Assembly (NCBI GenBank): GCA_965261595.1
Contig: CBDHDG010000006.1
Coordinates: forward strand, 640,001 to 704,000
DNA from: a bacterium
GTDB lineage: Bacteria > UBA8248 > JACPRG01 > G963555815
Direction of reading: 5' to 3'
DNA length: 64,000 nt
Position numbers and translations under genes: made by a program
Notes under the pieces: generated by a model
Database searches by the model: none
What the model was told of the DNA's origin: nothing
What the model saw: only the letters and a program-made list of their open reading frames with translations
Shown here: piece after piece, positions 19,543 to 29,961 of the stretch
How the letters are laid out: each line of letters starts with the position of its first letter
Position numbering within the stretch: position 1 is the stretch's first letter

Positions 19543-21030
19543 ATGACCCTTCGCCTCTTCAACACCCTGTCGCGCACCCTCGAGACCTTCGAGCCGCTGA
19601 CTCCGAACCGGGCCGGGATCTACATCTGCGGCGTGACGGTGTACGACGACGTTCACCTGGGCCACGCCCGGGCCGCCCTGTCTTTCGAGATCATCCGGCG
19701 CTACCTCCGGCTCACAGGCTATGAAGTCACCTACGTACGGAACTTCACCGATGTGGATGACAAGATCATCGCGCGCGCCCAGGAGGAGGGAGTCTCCTCC
19801 GAGGAGATCGCCGAGCGGTATATCCGGGCCTTCTCGGAGGACATGGGACGGTTGGGCGTTCCGACCGCGGACGTCGAGCCCCGGGCCACCGAGCACGTCC
19901 CCGCCATGGTGGAGATGATCGAGGGCCTCATCCAGAAAGGGTTCGCCTACGCCTCGGCGGGGGACGTTTACTTCGCGGTGAGGAAATTCGCCGATTACGG
20001 GAAACTCTCTCGCAAGAACCTGGACGACCTGGAGGCCGGCGCGCGGGTGGAGGTGAACGAGCAAAAGAGGGACCCGCTGGATTTCGCCCTCTGGAAAGCC
20101 GCCAAACCCGGTGAGCCGGACTGGGATTCGCCCTGGGGAAAGGGGCGTCCGGGGTGGCACATCGAATGCTCCGTCATGTCGCATCACATCCTCGGCGAGA
20201 CCTTCGACATCCACGGCGGCGGGGAAGACCTGATTTTCCCTCACCATGAGAACGAGCTGGCGCAATCCCGCGCTTACGCCGAGGGAGCGTCCGCCCGATA
20301 CTGGCTTCACAACGGCCTCGTCCGCGTTCAGCAGGAAAAGATGTCCAAGTCCACGGGCAATTTCTTCACCCTCAAGGCGATCCTCGAAAAGTTCCGCCCC
20401 GAGGTCGTGCGGTTTTTCCTGGCCGGCGCCCAGTACCGGAGCGCCCTGGAATATTCCGACGACGGCGTCGCGGCGGCCGGCCGCGGCCTCGACCGGCTTT
20501 ACAACGCCTGCCTTCGGGCGGAGGAGGCCCGCGCGGCCGAAGGGGCGAAGCCGGGGCCGGACGGCGGAGCAGACGAAACGCTGGAAGGGGCGATCCAAAC
20601 CTTCGAGTCGGATTTCACCGAAGGCATGGACAACGACATCAACACCCCCCAGGCCATCGGGGCCATGTTCACCCTGGCCCGCGAGATCCACGGCGCGCTG
20701 GATCGCGCCGCCTCCTCCGGAGCGGCCGCCCCGGCGGAATCGCTTCAAAAGGCCGTGCGCTCCTTGCGGGAACGGGCCGAGATCCTGACGTTCCTCACCC
20801 ATCCCCCCCGTCAGTGGTTCCAACAGGCGTACGCGCCCGAGGAGGCGGTCGACGCGGCCTCCGGATCCCCGGATGACGAAACCATCAAGCGCTTTATCCG
20901 CGAGCGCGAGGAAGCCCGCGCCCGAAAAGACTGGGCGGAGGCCGACCGCATCCGGGATGAGCTGAAGGCCCATGACATCATCCTGGAAGACAGCGCCGCC
21001 GGCACCGGCTGGAAGCGGGCTCAGGGGTGA
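19543..21030 (+). CDS. cysS: Cysteine--tRNA ligase
   Basis: 'CGVTVYD..HLGHAR', 'GRPGWHIEC', 'FPHHENE', 'KMSKS'. Confidence 0.98.
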   Translation: MTLRLFNTLSRTLETFEPLTPNRAGIYICGVTVYDDVHLGHARAALSFEIIRRYLRLTGYEVTYVRNFTDVDDKIIARAQEEGVSSEEIAERYIRAFSEDMGRLGVPTADVEPRATEHVPAMVEMIEGLIQKGFAYASAGDVYFAVRKFADYGKLSRKNLDDLEAGARVEVNEQKRDPLDFALWKAAKPGEPDWDSPWGKGRPGWHIECSVMSHHILGETFDIHGGGEDLIFPHHENELAQSRAYAEGASARYWLHNGLVRVQQEKMSKSTGNFFTLKAILEKFRPEVVRFFLAGAQYRSALEYSDDGVAAAGRGLDRLYNACLRAEEARAAEGAKPGPDGGADETLEGAIQTFESDFTEGMDNDINTPQAIGAMFTLAREIHGALDRAASSGAAAPAESLQKAVRSLRERAEILTFLTHPPRQWFQQAYAPEEAVDAASGSPDDETIKRFIREREEARARKDWAEADRIRDELKAHDIILEDSAAGTGWKRAQG

Positions 21031-21878
21031 GCCCGAAACGCATTCGGACCTTGGCCCGGGGGCGGGGGGAAGAGAGACCCCGGACGCTCTATGGTCTCCG
21101 GCCGGTCCGGGACGCGCTGCGGGCGGGCCGCCGGACGATTGAAGAAGTCTGGGTTCTCTCCGGCCGCGGGGACCCCGCTTTGGCCGAGGTTGTGGAAGCG
21201 GCCGAGCGGGCGGGCGCGCCGCTCTCGCGGGCGGACCGCGGCCGGCTGACCGAGCTGGCTGGAAGCCCGGACCACCAAGGCGCCGTCCTCCGCGCGGGGC
21301 CGCTCCCCCTTCTTCCGCTGGAAACGGTGGCGGGGGAATCACCCCCGGGGGGAAACAGGGGGGACGGACGGACGGACGTCTCAACGCAGACCCTCCTGGT
21401 TCTGGACGGCATCGTGGACCCCAGAAATTTCGGCGCGCTTTGCCGCTCCGCCCTGGCGCTGGGTTGCCGGGGCGTTGTGTTTCCCAAGGACCGATCGGCC
21501 GGTCCGACGCCCGCGGCGGCCAAGGCGGCGGCCGGGGCGTTGGAGTTTCTTCCGCTGGCGCGCGTCACGAATCTGGCGCGCGCGCTGGAATCGCTCAAGG
21601 AATGGGGCTGGTGGATCGTCGGCTTGGCCAAGGAGGGAGAGCAATCGCCCGGGGAAATCCGGTTCGACGCCCCGGCGGCCCTCGTCGTCGGCGGCGAGGG
21701 AAGCGGACTGAGGCGGCTGGTGCGAGAGCGGTGCGATCACCTCATGCGGATTGAGACGAATCCGGACTTTCCGACGCTGAACGCCTCGGTGGCGGGGGCG
21801 GTCGCCCTCTATGAAATTCAGAGGAAACGAAGAGCCGTGAGAGAAGGGGGGGGGGGGGGAGGCCGAGAGCCTTCCTGA
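21027..21878 (+). CDS. rlmB: 23S rRNA (Gm2251) methyltransferase, TrmH/SpoU family
   Basis: 'HQG', 'DPRNFGALCRSA', 'GGEGSGLRRLV', 'LNASVA'; follows cysS. Confidence 0.9.
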   Translation: MSPKRIRTLARGRGEERPRTLYGLRPVRDALRAGRRTIEEVWVLSGRGDPALAEVVEAAERAGAPLSRADRGRLTELAGSPDHQGAVLRAGPLPLLPLETVAGESPPGGNRGDGRTDVSTQTLLVLDGIVDPRNFGALCRSALALGCRGVVFPKDRSAGPTPAAAKAAAGALEFLPLARVTNLARALESLKEWGWWIVGLAKEGEQSPGEIRFDAPAALVVGGEGSGLRRLVRERCDHLMRIETNPDFPTLNASVAGAVALYEIQRKRRAVREGGGGGGREPS

Positions 21879-21884
21879 CAGGCC

Positions 21885-22667
21885 TTACTCCATGTGCCAG
21901 CCATGGCTCGCGATGACGGATTGGCCGGTCAGGGCGCCTGACGGAAAACTCGCCAGAAAGACGGCTATGGCCGCGATATCCGCTGTGGTCGTGAACTCCC
22001 CATCCACCGTGTGCTTGAGCATCACGTCACGGACGACTTCCTCCTCGCCAATACCCATCTCGTCCGCCAACTCGGGGATTTGCCTCTCCACCAAGGGGGT
22101 GCGCACAAAGCCCGGGCAGATGACGTTCGCCCGCACACCGCGCCCGGCCCCCTCCCTGGCCACCGTCCTGCAAAGCCCGAGCAAGCCGTGCTTTGCGGTG
22201 ACATACGGGGCCTTCAGGGGCGAAGCATCCTTCGAGTGCACGGAGCCCATATAGATCACCGCCCCGCCGCGCCCCGATTCGTACATGGGACGAAGGGCCG
22301 CCCGCGTGGTCAGAAACGCGCCGTCCAAGTGGACCGCGATGATCCTCCGCCAGTTGTCGAAAGAAAGCTCGACGACGGAATCGAGATGCTGGACGCCCGC
22401 GTTGCTGACCAGCACATCGAGCCCCCCATAAGCCCGGACAACCGAGTCGATCCCCGCATCGACGGCTTTTTCCTCGGTCACGTCCATCGCCACCGCCATG
22501 GCCGCGCCGCCGGTCCGCTCGATTTCAGCGGCCGCGGCCTCCACCCCTTCGAGGTTCACATCCGCGACGGCGACCTTTGCGCCCTCACGCGCGAAGGCGA
22601 GCGCGATTTCCCTGCCGAGACCGCTGGCGGCGCCCGTCACGACGGCGACTTGATCTTTCATCCGCAT
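21885..22667 (-). CDS. bdhA: 3-hydroxybutyrate dehydrogenase
   Basis: SDR 'TGAASGLG', 'NAGVQH', 'GSVHSKDASPLKAPYVTAKHG', 'ICPGFVRTPLVERQI'. Confidence 0.92.
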   Translation of the reverse strand: MRMKDQVAVVTGAASGLGREIALAFAREGAKVAVADVNLEGVEAAAAEIERTGGAAMAVAMDVTEEKAVDAGIDSVVRAYGGLDVLVSNAGVQHLDSVVELSFDNWRRIIAVHLDGAFLTTRAALRPMYESGRGGAVIYMGSVHSKDASPLKAPYVTAKHGLLGLCRTVAREGAGRGVRANVICPGFVRTPLVERQIPELADEMGIGEEEVVRDVMLKHTVDGEFTTTADIAAIAVFLASFPSGALTGQSVIASHGWHME

Positions 22668-23179
22668 GTTCGAGCCTCCCGGCCACCGGCGCTTCCGGTG
22701 AACGTGGATGGGTCGGGGGGGGGGAGAGGGGGGGGGGTGAAGCGGCGTCCCGCAAGGGCAATGTCGAAGCCCTCAGCCCGGGCCGCGCCTCTGAAGGGAA
22801 TCCTCCATTGGAGGCCAACCTGGATATCTCAAAATTCAATCGTGTCCTAATTTTAAAGCTTGGACGGTGATTTTTTCTGTTTGGCTAACGGCGGGCCTGG
22901 TCCGTCATGCCTGATGGCGTGGATTATTATTTGGATAATCTTCAGCCTTTGTAATCGACAGTATCCGTTGAACCGCCGAGAAATAGGGAGCTCTATCCGC
23001 TAGGAATGTTCCCAAGACATCATCCGGGACAACCAGAATGCCAACATCGATTTCTCCATGCATAATGTCATCTCTCAGATGGATCAAATCCACGATGACC
23101 AAATCGCTCCTTCCGGAAACCTGAATTTCAACCCCGATGGACTTACCCCGGTTTCGTGGAGAGTTAAGCACTTGGGTTT

Positions 23180-24028
23180 TCAGGGTGTGCGTTGTTGTCT
23201 CCTTTCGTAGTTAACGGGTGACAGGTTGTCGATGGAGGAGTGCCGACGATGCGGGTTGTAGAAGCCCTCGATGAACCCGAACACCTCCATGCGCGCCTCG
23301 GCCCGGGTGCGGAAACTGTGGCGAGCGAGGAGCTCGCACTCCAGCGTGGCGAAAAAACTCTCACACAGCGCGTTGTCGTAGCAGTCCCCGACCGAACCCA
23401 TGGAGGGACGCACGCCCGCCTGCCGGCAGCGCTGCCCAAAGGCGACCGAGGTGTACTGCGTGCCCTGGTCGGAGTGGTGGATGACGGCCCGGGGACGGCG
23501 CTTATACAGCGCCATGTCGAGCGCGTCGAGCACCAACTCGGCCCGCAGGTGTGTGGCCATCGACCACCCCACGATGCGCCGGCTGAACGCATCGAGCGCC
23601 ACGGCCAGATACAAAAACCCCGCCCATGTCGGAACGTAGGTGATGTCGGCCACCCACAGCCGGTCGGGGGCCTCGGCCGTGAAGTTGCGGTCCACCAGAT
23701 CAGGGGCCGGCCGCGCCTCCTGCCGGCGCTGCGTCGTGCGCGCTCCCTTGCGCCGACTGACGCCCGCAAGTCCCGCCCCACGCATCAGCCTGGCGACGCG
23801 CTTGCGGCCCACACGCACTCCCTCAGCCTCCAACTCGGCATGGACGCGCGGCACGCCGTAAGTCCCCCGAGAACGCTCGTGGATCGCCTGAATGCGTTTG
23901 GTGAGCGCCCGATCGGCACACGAGCGGGCACACGGCGCGCGCCTGCGCCACGCGTAGTAGCCGCTGGAGGAGACGCCCAGCACCCGGCACATGGTGGCGG
24001 TCCGATACATGGCCTGGTTCGCCCTCAC
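23180..24028 (-). CDS. IS3-family transposase OrfB
   Basis: 'LWVADITY', 'HHSDQGTQY', 'DNALCESFF', 'FYNPHRRHS'. Confidence 0.95.
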   Translation of the reverse strand: MRANQAMYRTATMCRVLGVSSSGYYAWRRRAPCARSCADRALTKRIQAIHERSRGTYGVPRVHAELEAEGVRVGRKRVARLMRGAGLAGVSRRKGARTTQRRQEARPAPDLVDRNFTAEAPDRLWVADITYVPTWAGFLYLAVALDAFSRRIVGWSMATHLRAELVLDALDMALYKRRPRAVIHHSDQGTQYTSVAFGQRCRQAGVRPSMGSVGDCYDNALCESFFATLECELLARHSFRTRAEARMEVFGFIEGFYNPHRRHSSIDNLSPVNYERRQQRTP

Positions 24029-24339
24029 GAACCCGTAGATCCGGACGGGATCGAATCGGTATCCCGAGCAAACCAGGCCGCGGCTTTTGCTAAGATCTCC
24101 CGCTCCTGGCGGAGCTGTCGGTTCTCGCGGCGAAGTCGGCGCAACTCCTCCCGCTCATCGCTCGTGAGCCCGTCTTTGCGACGCCCCTCGTCAACGTCGG
24201 CTTGATGGGCCCAGGTGCGGATCGTCTGCGCCGAGGGCTCGAACTCGTGCGCCAGCGCCTCGGGCGTGCGTCCCGCCCGGACCAACTCTACCATCTGGCA
24301 GCGGAACTCCATTGGATAGCGTGGGTGAGTCTGTGGCAT
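24025..24339 (-). CDS. IS3-family transposase OrfA
   Basis: HTH plus 'ELRRLRRENRQLRQEREILAKAAAWFA'. Confidence 0.92.
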   Translation of the reverse strand: MPQTHPRYPMEFRCQMVELVRAGRTPEALAHEFEPSAQTIRTWAHQADVDEGRRKDGLTSDEREELRRLRRENRQLRQEREILAKAAAWFARDTDSIPSGSTGS

Positions 24340-25341
24340 CGTGAACACCTCCTTTACCCCCAAATCATCAGGTGTCCACCAAACCGGGTCAACTCCACAT
24401 TTGGTCCAATCCACCCCTCCGGTTTGCTTCTTAGTCCAGCCTTCATCTGGTGAAGAGTTGAACCGGGCATCTATCAGCTCCCTGACCACTTTTCCGCTAT
24501 TGGCGTTTTTGGATTCCTCAACACGTAATGAAAAACCTGTGATTATTTCACGCAATTCCTCGTAAAGTGGCTGCAAACCAAGCCGCTTTAGTTTCTCGGT
24601 GGCCCCACCGAAACTCTGGAATTCGGTGATTTCAGGCATTGCTCTATCGGAAGATTGAAAGAAGTTTTTTGGCGGGTTCTTGACCGATTTGGTCTGGGAA
24701 ATGCCCTTGTAGCCGTTCAAGAATGGGGGTGCACTCATTAATTTCAGATCCCACCCAATATCGCTGTTGCTCTTGGGCCGATTGGTATGTGGAGCCGCCA
24801 CCACCAAATGGGTCCAACACAATTTCTCTTGGATTTGTGGAGATCTGAATACACCGTGTGGGGATCATGGGCTTGAGCTCATTGATATGCCAACGGGCTT
24901 TAAACTTGCCGTGTCTCGCTGGTGAGGTATCTTCCCAAAAGTCAGTTAAATTTAACCCTTCCGGGTTCAGATATTTCCGGTGCCCACCGTAATCCTTTTG
25001 ATCTCCCCCACAATGTCGACAGGTCGGAATCGGAACCCTCACCCGATTGAAGGTTTTCAAGTCGCCCTTTGTAAAATAAAGCAGGGCGTAGTGGGCGGGA
25101 TACAGCTTCTTTCCCCTGGGATATGTTCCTTTCATGGTAAGGGCTATCCAGTGGCGGAATACCATACCCTCATCTTCTAGGTGTCCAGCAAGCCGATATC
25201 CCCATTTAGGCAAAATATACACAAGGATTGCTCCTCCTGGCCTTAAAACCCGAACAGATTCATCAAGCCATCCGTAGCACCATTCCAAATAATCGTCTGC
25301 TTCTAGGTTGTCGCGGAAGTCTCCATTTCCATATTCTTTTT

Positions 25342-26241
25342 GGCGATTGTAAAAGATATGACACCGGATTAGGCTGGTGTCGTGGACCTGAAGAGCTTTG
25401 AAGTCCTTGTAAAATCGGAAGCTACAGCGAGACGCCATCTGCTCATGGCGTGTCAGAAAAACGGGCGTAAAATCTGCCCTCGTTGTGAGGGTCGAAAACG
25501 CTACGTTTTGGGCACGCGGGGGCGCTTTCGCTGCGCTGGGTGTCGGTACACCTTCGGGCCGTTCACGGGCCGCTGGCTGGGCCAACTTCGCCTCTCGGCC
25601 CGGCAGTGGCTTTGGGTGGTGAAGCTCTTTGAGCTGGAGGTCTCGGCCTGCAAGATGGCCCAGCAACTCGCCGTGAGCTATCCGACAGCGCTGCGGGCCG
25701 TGACGACGCTCAGGCGCAGTCTTGTGGCCGGCACGCCGGGGGGACAGGAGCTTCTTCGAGGGGAGGTGGAGGCGGACGAGGCCTACTTCGGGGGCAAGCG
25801 CAAGGGCAAGAGAGGCCGAGGCGCAGCGGGTAAAGTCCCTGTTTTCGGCATATTGGAGCGGGGCGGCCGGGTGAAGGTGGAGGCGGTCGGCAACGTCAAG
25901 GCCCAGACCCTTTTGGCCTCCACCGTGAAGTTGGTCCGTCGGGGCAGCGTGGTCTACACCGACCGCTACCGGGTCTATGACGCCCTGATGTTCTGCGGCT
26001 ATCGCCACTTGCGGGTGGATCATGATCGGCGCTTCAGTCGGGGCAAAGTGCACATCAACGGCCTGGAAGGCTTTTGGGCCTACGCCAAGGAGAGGCTCAT
26101 CAAACATCATGGGGTGTCCAAAGAGCGGTTCCCCCTCTACCTGAAGGAGATGGAATTCCGTTACAATCACCGACACCAGGATCTCTTTCCCCTGGTGGTC
26201 CAACATCTCACTCAATTGGTGTCAAAACCTTTATAATCCCC
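25342..26241 (+). mobile_element. IS1595-family element (900 bp)
   Basis: 24-bp imperfect IRs GGCGATTGTAAAAGATATGACACC / GGTGTCAAAACCTTTATAATCCCC; 8-bp TSD TTCTTTTT. Confidence 0.95.
25382..26236 (+). CDS. IS1595-family transposase
   Basis: Zn ribbon CPRC...CAGC, 'VEADEAYFGG', 'YTD', 'HINGLEGFW', 'EMEFRYN'. Confidence 0.95.
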   Translation: MDLKSFEVLVKSEATARRHLLMACQKNGRKICPRCEGRKRYVLGTRGRFRCAGCRYTFGPFTGRWLGQLRLSARQWLWVVKLFELEVSACKMAQQLAVSYPTALRAVTTLRRSLVAGTPGGQELLRGEVEADEAYFGGKRKGKRGRGAAGKVPVFGILERGGRVKVEAVGNVKAQTLLASTVKLVRRGSVVYTDRYRVYDALMFCGYRHLRVDHDRRFSRGKVHINGLEGFWAYAKERLIKHHGVSKERFPLYLKEMEFRYNHRHQDLFPLVVQHLTQLVSKPL

Positions 26242-26582
26242 TTCTTTTTTCAGGTTAAACGGTGGATCGGCAAAAATGCAGTCAACTGAATCGTCTTTAA
26301 TCCAAGCGAACAAATCCATGCAGTCGGCATGGAACAGCATCCCAAAACGGGTTGTAAGAACCGGCTGGCCTGCACCCACGACGCTCTTGGGAGTCACGCG
26401 ACATTTCCTCCATTGTCCACACATGCTCTGCGCGCCCCGCTTTCATCGCGGGGGTCAGCCTGAAGCTTCGGTGAACCCAACTGGAATTGTACCACGCGAA
26501 ATGGAGAGAAGAAGCCGCCTTCAGGTTTTTGATTTGACAGGATGAAAGAAGGTTTGCCTCTTCTCTTTGTAAAGAACCGGGG

Positions 26583-27104
26583 CTAAATCCTGAGGACGAA
26601 TGACGTGTAGACGACCGTCACCACCAGGAGGAAGAACACCACGCCGTACAGGCGGGTGGACAAACGATGGAGCCTCTGGAACCGCTCGCGGAGCCGGACC
26701 AGCTCCGCGGATCTTTCGGTGGACGCCCCCCTCCCCCCCGCCCCGCCCGGCTTGCCCTGGATTTCATGGACCCGGACCCGCGCCTCTCTGGCTTTCGGCA
26801 GAACCACCCAGCCCCCGTAGTAGTTGAGGCCCGCCATCGCCGCGACGAGGACAAACGGGATCCACCGCTTCGCCGGAGATAGCCCCCCCCAGGAAAGAAT
26901 CGCCAACGGGATGATCGACGCCAGGGCGATGAGGGCGCAAACCGCGCCGGTCTCGAAATAAACCGGCAGGGCGAGACCCACCACCCGGCCCGCCAGGTCG
27001 GGCATGCGTGTGAAGAGCGCCGCCGTCAGGATCAGCAGGAAAGCCGTGGCCCCCAGCCAGACGCCGATCGAGGTGTTGAAGCAAAACCGCAGAAAGGTTT
27101 TCAT
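26583..27104 (-). CDS. DUF4149-like membrane protein
   Basis: Four hydrophobic helices; 'FQRLHRLS'; coupled to glcF. Confidence 0.75.
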   Translation of the reverse strand: MKTFLRFCFNTSIGVWLGATAFLLILTAALFTRMPDLAGRVVGLALPVYFETGAVCALIALASIIPLAILSWGGLSPAKRWIPFVLVAAMAGLNYYGGWVVLPKAREARVRVHEIQGKPGGAGGRGASTERSAELVRLRERFQRLHRLSTRLYGVVFFLLVVTVVYTSFVLRI

Positions 27105-28507
27105 CCTCGGCCTCCCGCTCGGGATTCAGGGCCGCCGGTTTCCGCTTCATACGCCTCGGCCAAAAGCTCGACCGGATGGAGAACCCGCATCCCCCCCCCC
27201 CCCCCCCCCCCCTCCCCCCCCTTCTCCTTCAACCCGCTCTCGATTTGGATGATGCATCCCGGGTTGGCCGCGACGACCACCGAGGCGCCCGTATCCAGGA
27301 TGTGGCCGACCTTTCGTTTCAGCAGACGCCCCGCCATCTCGGGCTGGGTGAGGTTGTAGACCCCCGCGCTGCCGCAGCACCAGTCCGATTCGGCCAGCTC
27401 CCGCACCTCCACGCCCGGCAGCGCCCGGAGGATTTCCATCGGCGGTTTGCGGACCTTCTGCCCGTGGACCAGGTGGCAGGCCTCATGGTGCGCGACAGCC
27501 AGCGGCGCGTTTTCGCGGAGGCCGGGCGGCCCGGAGGGGGGGCGGAACTCCTGCTCGACGAGGAACTCCGAAATGTCCCGGACCTTCGCGGCCAGGCGCC
27601 CGGCCTTCTCGCGATAGACCGGGTCTCCTTCCAACAGCTCGCCGTACTCCTTCATCATCGAGCCGCATCCGGCGGAATTCGTGACGATGAAATCCGCCCC
27701 GGAGTCCAGGAAGATATCGATGTTCTTGCGGGCGAGCTCCCGGGCGGTCCGCCGGTCCCCGGAATGGCCGTGAAGCGCCCCGCAGCACACCTGCCCCCGC
27801 GGAACCTCGACGGTGTGTCCGTTCTCCGCGAGGACCCGGATGGTGGCCAGGTTGATGTGGCCAAACGAGACCCGCATGACGCAGCCCGTGAGGAGGGCGG
27901 CCGAGGCCCGGCCTTCCTTGCCGTTCGGGGCGCCTTTCTCCACCCGCCGGCGGACCGACGCCGGCGTCACCGGGGGCGACAAGGCCTCCAGCTCCCCCAG
28001 TCGGCCCAGAAATTTCAAAATCCCGCTCCCCCGAACGAGGCGTTGCAGCCCGCTCCTCCGATACGCGCCGAGGAGCGCGGCGGCGGCCGTGAGGCGCCCG
28101 GGATGCGGGAGAAGACCGCGCAGGGCGATCCGCCGAAGCCGCCCGCCCTCGCCGTCGCGCTCCCGCGCCGCTTCCACCTTCGTCCGCGCGGCCTCGATGA
28201 GGCTGTGGTACCGGACGCCGGAGGGGCAGGCCGTCTCGCAGGCCAGACAGCCCAGACACAGGTCGAGGTGATCGCGGACGATGGCGGTGTAATCAATCCG
28301 TCCCTCTCCAGCGGCCCGCATGAGATAGATTCGCCCGCGGGGAGAGTCCATCTCGTTTCCGAGCTCGGAATACGTCGGGCAAGAGCTCAGGCAAAGCCCG
28401 CAGTGGATGCAGTCCGAAAGCTGGTCCGGGTCGGGTGACTCGCCCCCGAGGGGACGGTTATCCCTATCCGGACCCGCGGGCTTTTCCGTGAACAGCTTGG
28501 ATGTCAT
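27101..28507 (-). CDS. glcF: Glycolate oxidase Fe-S subunit
   Basis: 'CIHCGLCLSSCPTY', 'CLGCLACETACPSGV', two CCG domains. Confidence 0.93.
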   Translation of the reverse strand: MTSKLFTEKPAGPDRDNRPLGGESPDPDQLSDCIHCGLCLSSCPTYSELGNEMDSPRGRIYLMRAAGEGRIDYTAIVRDHLDLCLGCLACETACPSGVRYHSLIEAARTKVEAARERDGEGGRLRRIALRGLLPHPGRLTAAAALLGAYRRSGLQRLVRGSGILKFLGRLGELEALSPPVTPASVRRRVEKGAPNGKEGRASAALLTGCVMRVSFGHINLATIRVLAENGHTVEVPRGQVCCGALHGHSGDRRTARELARKNIDIFLDSGADFIVTNSAGCGSMMKEYGELLEGDPVYREKAGRLAAKVRDISEFLVEQEFRPPSGPPGLRENAPLAVAHHEACHLVHGQKVRKPPMEILRALPGVEVRELAESDWCCGSAGVYNLTQPEMAGRLLKRKVGHILDTGASVVVAANPGCIIQIESGLKEKGGEGGGGGGGMRVLHPVELLAEAYEAETGGPESRAGGRG

Positions 28508-28548
28508 GGACGTTCAGCTCCCGGGATTTTCATGACGCGGCCGGGGGG

Positions 28549-29925
28549 TCAGATTCTTCCGAAGAATCGGCCGGGATTCATGATCCCTTTGGGGTCGAGG
28601 GCGAGCTTGGCCCGCCGCATCAGCCGGCGGCTCGTATCGCCGACGGAGGTCTCGTCAAACAGGTCCAGCTTGTCCCGCAGGGCCGACGATCGGGTTTCGA
28701 TGACGGCATATCCCCCCACCCGTGCGGCGGCCTCCCGCAACGCCCGGACGGCGCGCTCGGCGCGCCCGATCCCGAGGAGGTCTTCTTTTCCTTCTTCCCA
28801 GCCGAACCTCATCCGGATGATGCCGTTGCCGGCGTGCACCTGCCCGTGAAACCGGAACCCCTCGGCCTCCCCCGCCATCCGCGCCCGCTCGACCGTCTCC
28901 CCGACCCGCGTCAGCGGGACCCCCACCCGGCAGGCGAAGCCGGGCCCCCGGGCGGAGTCGTGAAACGGGCCCGCCCGGCTCAGGGATTTCCTCACGGCGT
29001 CCGATTTCTCGGGTCCCGGCCGGACAATGGGTCCCACGCCCCAGGCGCGGCAGGCCTCTTCCGCCCGGTCCAGCTGCCCGGCAATCCCCGCGTCGTTGTC
29101 CCTGAAGCTGACCAGGAGGATGTTCCGCGCCCCGGCCGCTTCACCCAGGAGCGCGTCGGAGGAGAGCGAGCCCCCCGTCAGCCACTCCAAGCTCACCGGC
29201 AGGATCCGCTCCGAGAGAATCCGCGTAACGGCGGACTGGACGGCGCCCGCTTCATCGAACCCGGCCAGCAGGGCCCCTTCCCGGACCTTGAGGGAGAACG
29301 TCTTGAGGGTGACCTCGGTGATGAATCCCAGCGCGCCCAGGGACCCGATGTACAGTTTGTTGAGATCGAACCCGGCGACGCTCTTGACCACCTTGGCCCC
29401 GAAGCGGACCGGCGTTCCGTCGGCCATGACGACTTCCATGCCGAGGACCAGGTCGCGCGGGGTTCCGAATCCCAGGCGGAGGGGTCCGCTGGAATTCGCC
29501 GCGCAAATCCCGCCCAGGGTGGCCCCGTCGCCCTCGAGGGGATCCAACGGCAGAAACTGCCCGCGCTCGGCGAGGAATTCGTTGGCCGCCCCCAGGGTGG
29601 CGCCCGCCCGGAGGGTGGCGACGAAGTCCGCCTCCTGGTGTTCGGCCATCCCGTTGAGGCGGCTCAGGTTCACCACCCAGTCGCGGCGTGTAGCCGGGTA
29701 GCCGTGATGCTGTTTCGTCCCTCCTCCCCAAGGGATGAGACCCAGCCCGGCGGCCTGGGCCTCTTTCACCAGGGCGGACAACTCCTCTCGGCTCTCGGGA
29801 TAGAGGGTCAGCCGGGGGGGAGGGGCCGGGCCGTCGAAGGCGTCCCGCGCGGCCTCGCCCTCCAGGACGCGCTCGGCGCCCAGGATCTTCCGGGCGGCTT
29901 CATCCGCGCGCTCCGAGTCAGTCAT
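28549..29925 (-). CDS. glcE: Glycolate oxidase FAD-binding subunit
   Basis: 'GGGTK', 'ATLGGICAANSSGP', 'VVKSVAGFDL', 'DPKGIMNPGR'. Confidence 0.9.
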   Translation of the reverse strand: MTDSERADEAARKILGAERVLEGEAARDAFDGPAPPPRLTLYPESREELSALVKEAQAAGLGLIPWGGGTKQHHGYPATRRDWVVNLSRLNGMAEHQEADFVATLRAGATLGAANEFLAERGQFLPLDPLEGDGATLGGICAANSSGPLRLGFGTPRDLVLGMEVVMADGTPVRFGAKVVKSVAGFDLNKLYIGSLGALGFITEVTLKTFSLKVREGALLAGFDEAGAVQSAVTRILSERILPVSLEWLTGGSLSSDALLGEAAGARNILLVSFRDNDAGIAGQLDRAEEACRAWGVGPIVRPGPEKSDAVRKSLSRAGPFHDSARGPGFACRVGVPLTRVGETVERARMAGEAEGFRFHGQVHAGNGIIRMRFGWEEGKEDLLGIGRAERAVRALREAAARVGGYAVIETRSSALRDKLDLFDETSVGDTSRRLMRRAKLALDPKGIMNPGRFFGRI

Positions 29926-29961
29926 CCGAATCCTCCTCCGACATTCATGTTCCGCCGACCC

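Larger units (their letters stand above)
23138..24397 (-). mobile_element. IS3-family element A, copy 1 (1260 bp)
   Basis: IRs TGGACTTACCCCGGTTTCGTGGA / TCCACCAAACCGGGTCAACTCCA; no target duplication. Confidence 0.95.
22905..24639 (-). pseudogene. BamHI/BglII/BstYI-like type II restriction endonuclease split by IS3-family element
   Basis: N-half 24398-24639 (...GGVDWTK); C-half 22905-23137 (IGVEIQ...HGEIDVGILVVP...FLADRAPYF); directly downstream of the MTase. Confidence 0.75.
24644..26397 (-). pseudogene. Beta-class N4/N6 DNA methyltransferase (M.BamHI-like) split by IS1595-family element
   Basis: 'FADPPFNLKKE|YG' rejoins in frame after removing the IS and one TSD; 'CRHCGG..KDYGG', 'LDPFGGGGST'; GTG start with GGAGG. 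Confidence 0.9.

Noticed and set aside
24644..26215. 523-aa ORF as an intact methyltransferase
   Set aside because: Its N-terminal half is the antisense of the IS1595 transposase; the true N-terminus is at 26242-26397
26420..26545. Possible remnant of another transposase upstream of the MTase
   Set aside because: Too short and no terminal repeat found
27190..27220. Long C/G runs (also ~6850, 21845, 22715, 57110) as phase-variation tracts or G-quadruplexes
   Set aside because: Cannot be separated from homopolymer sequencing errors without reads; most lie in Gly-rich linkers or intergenic DNA
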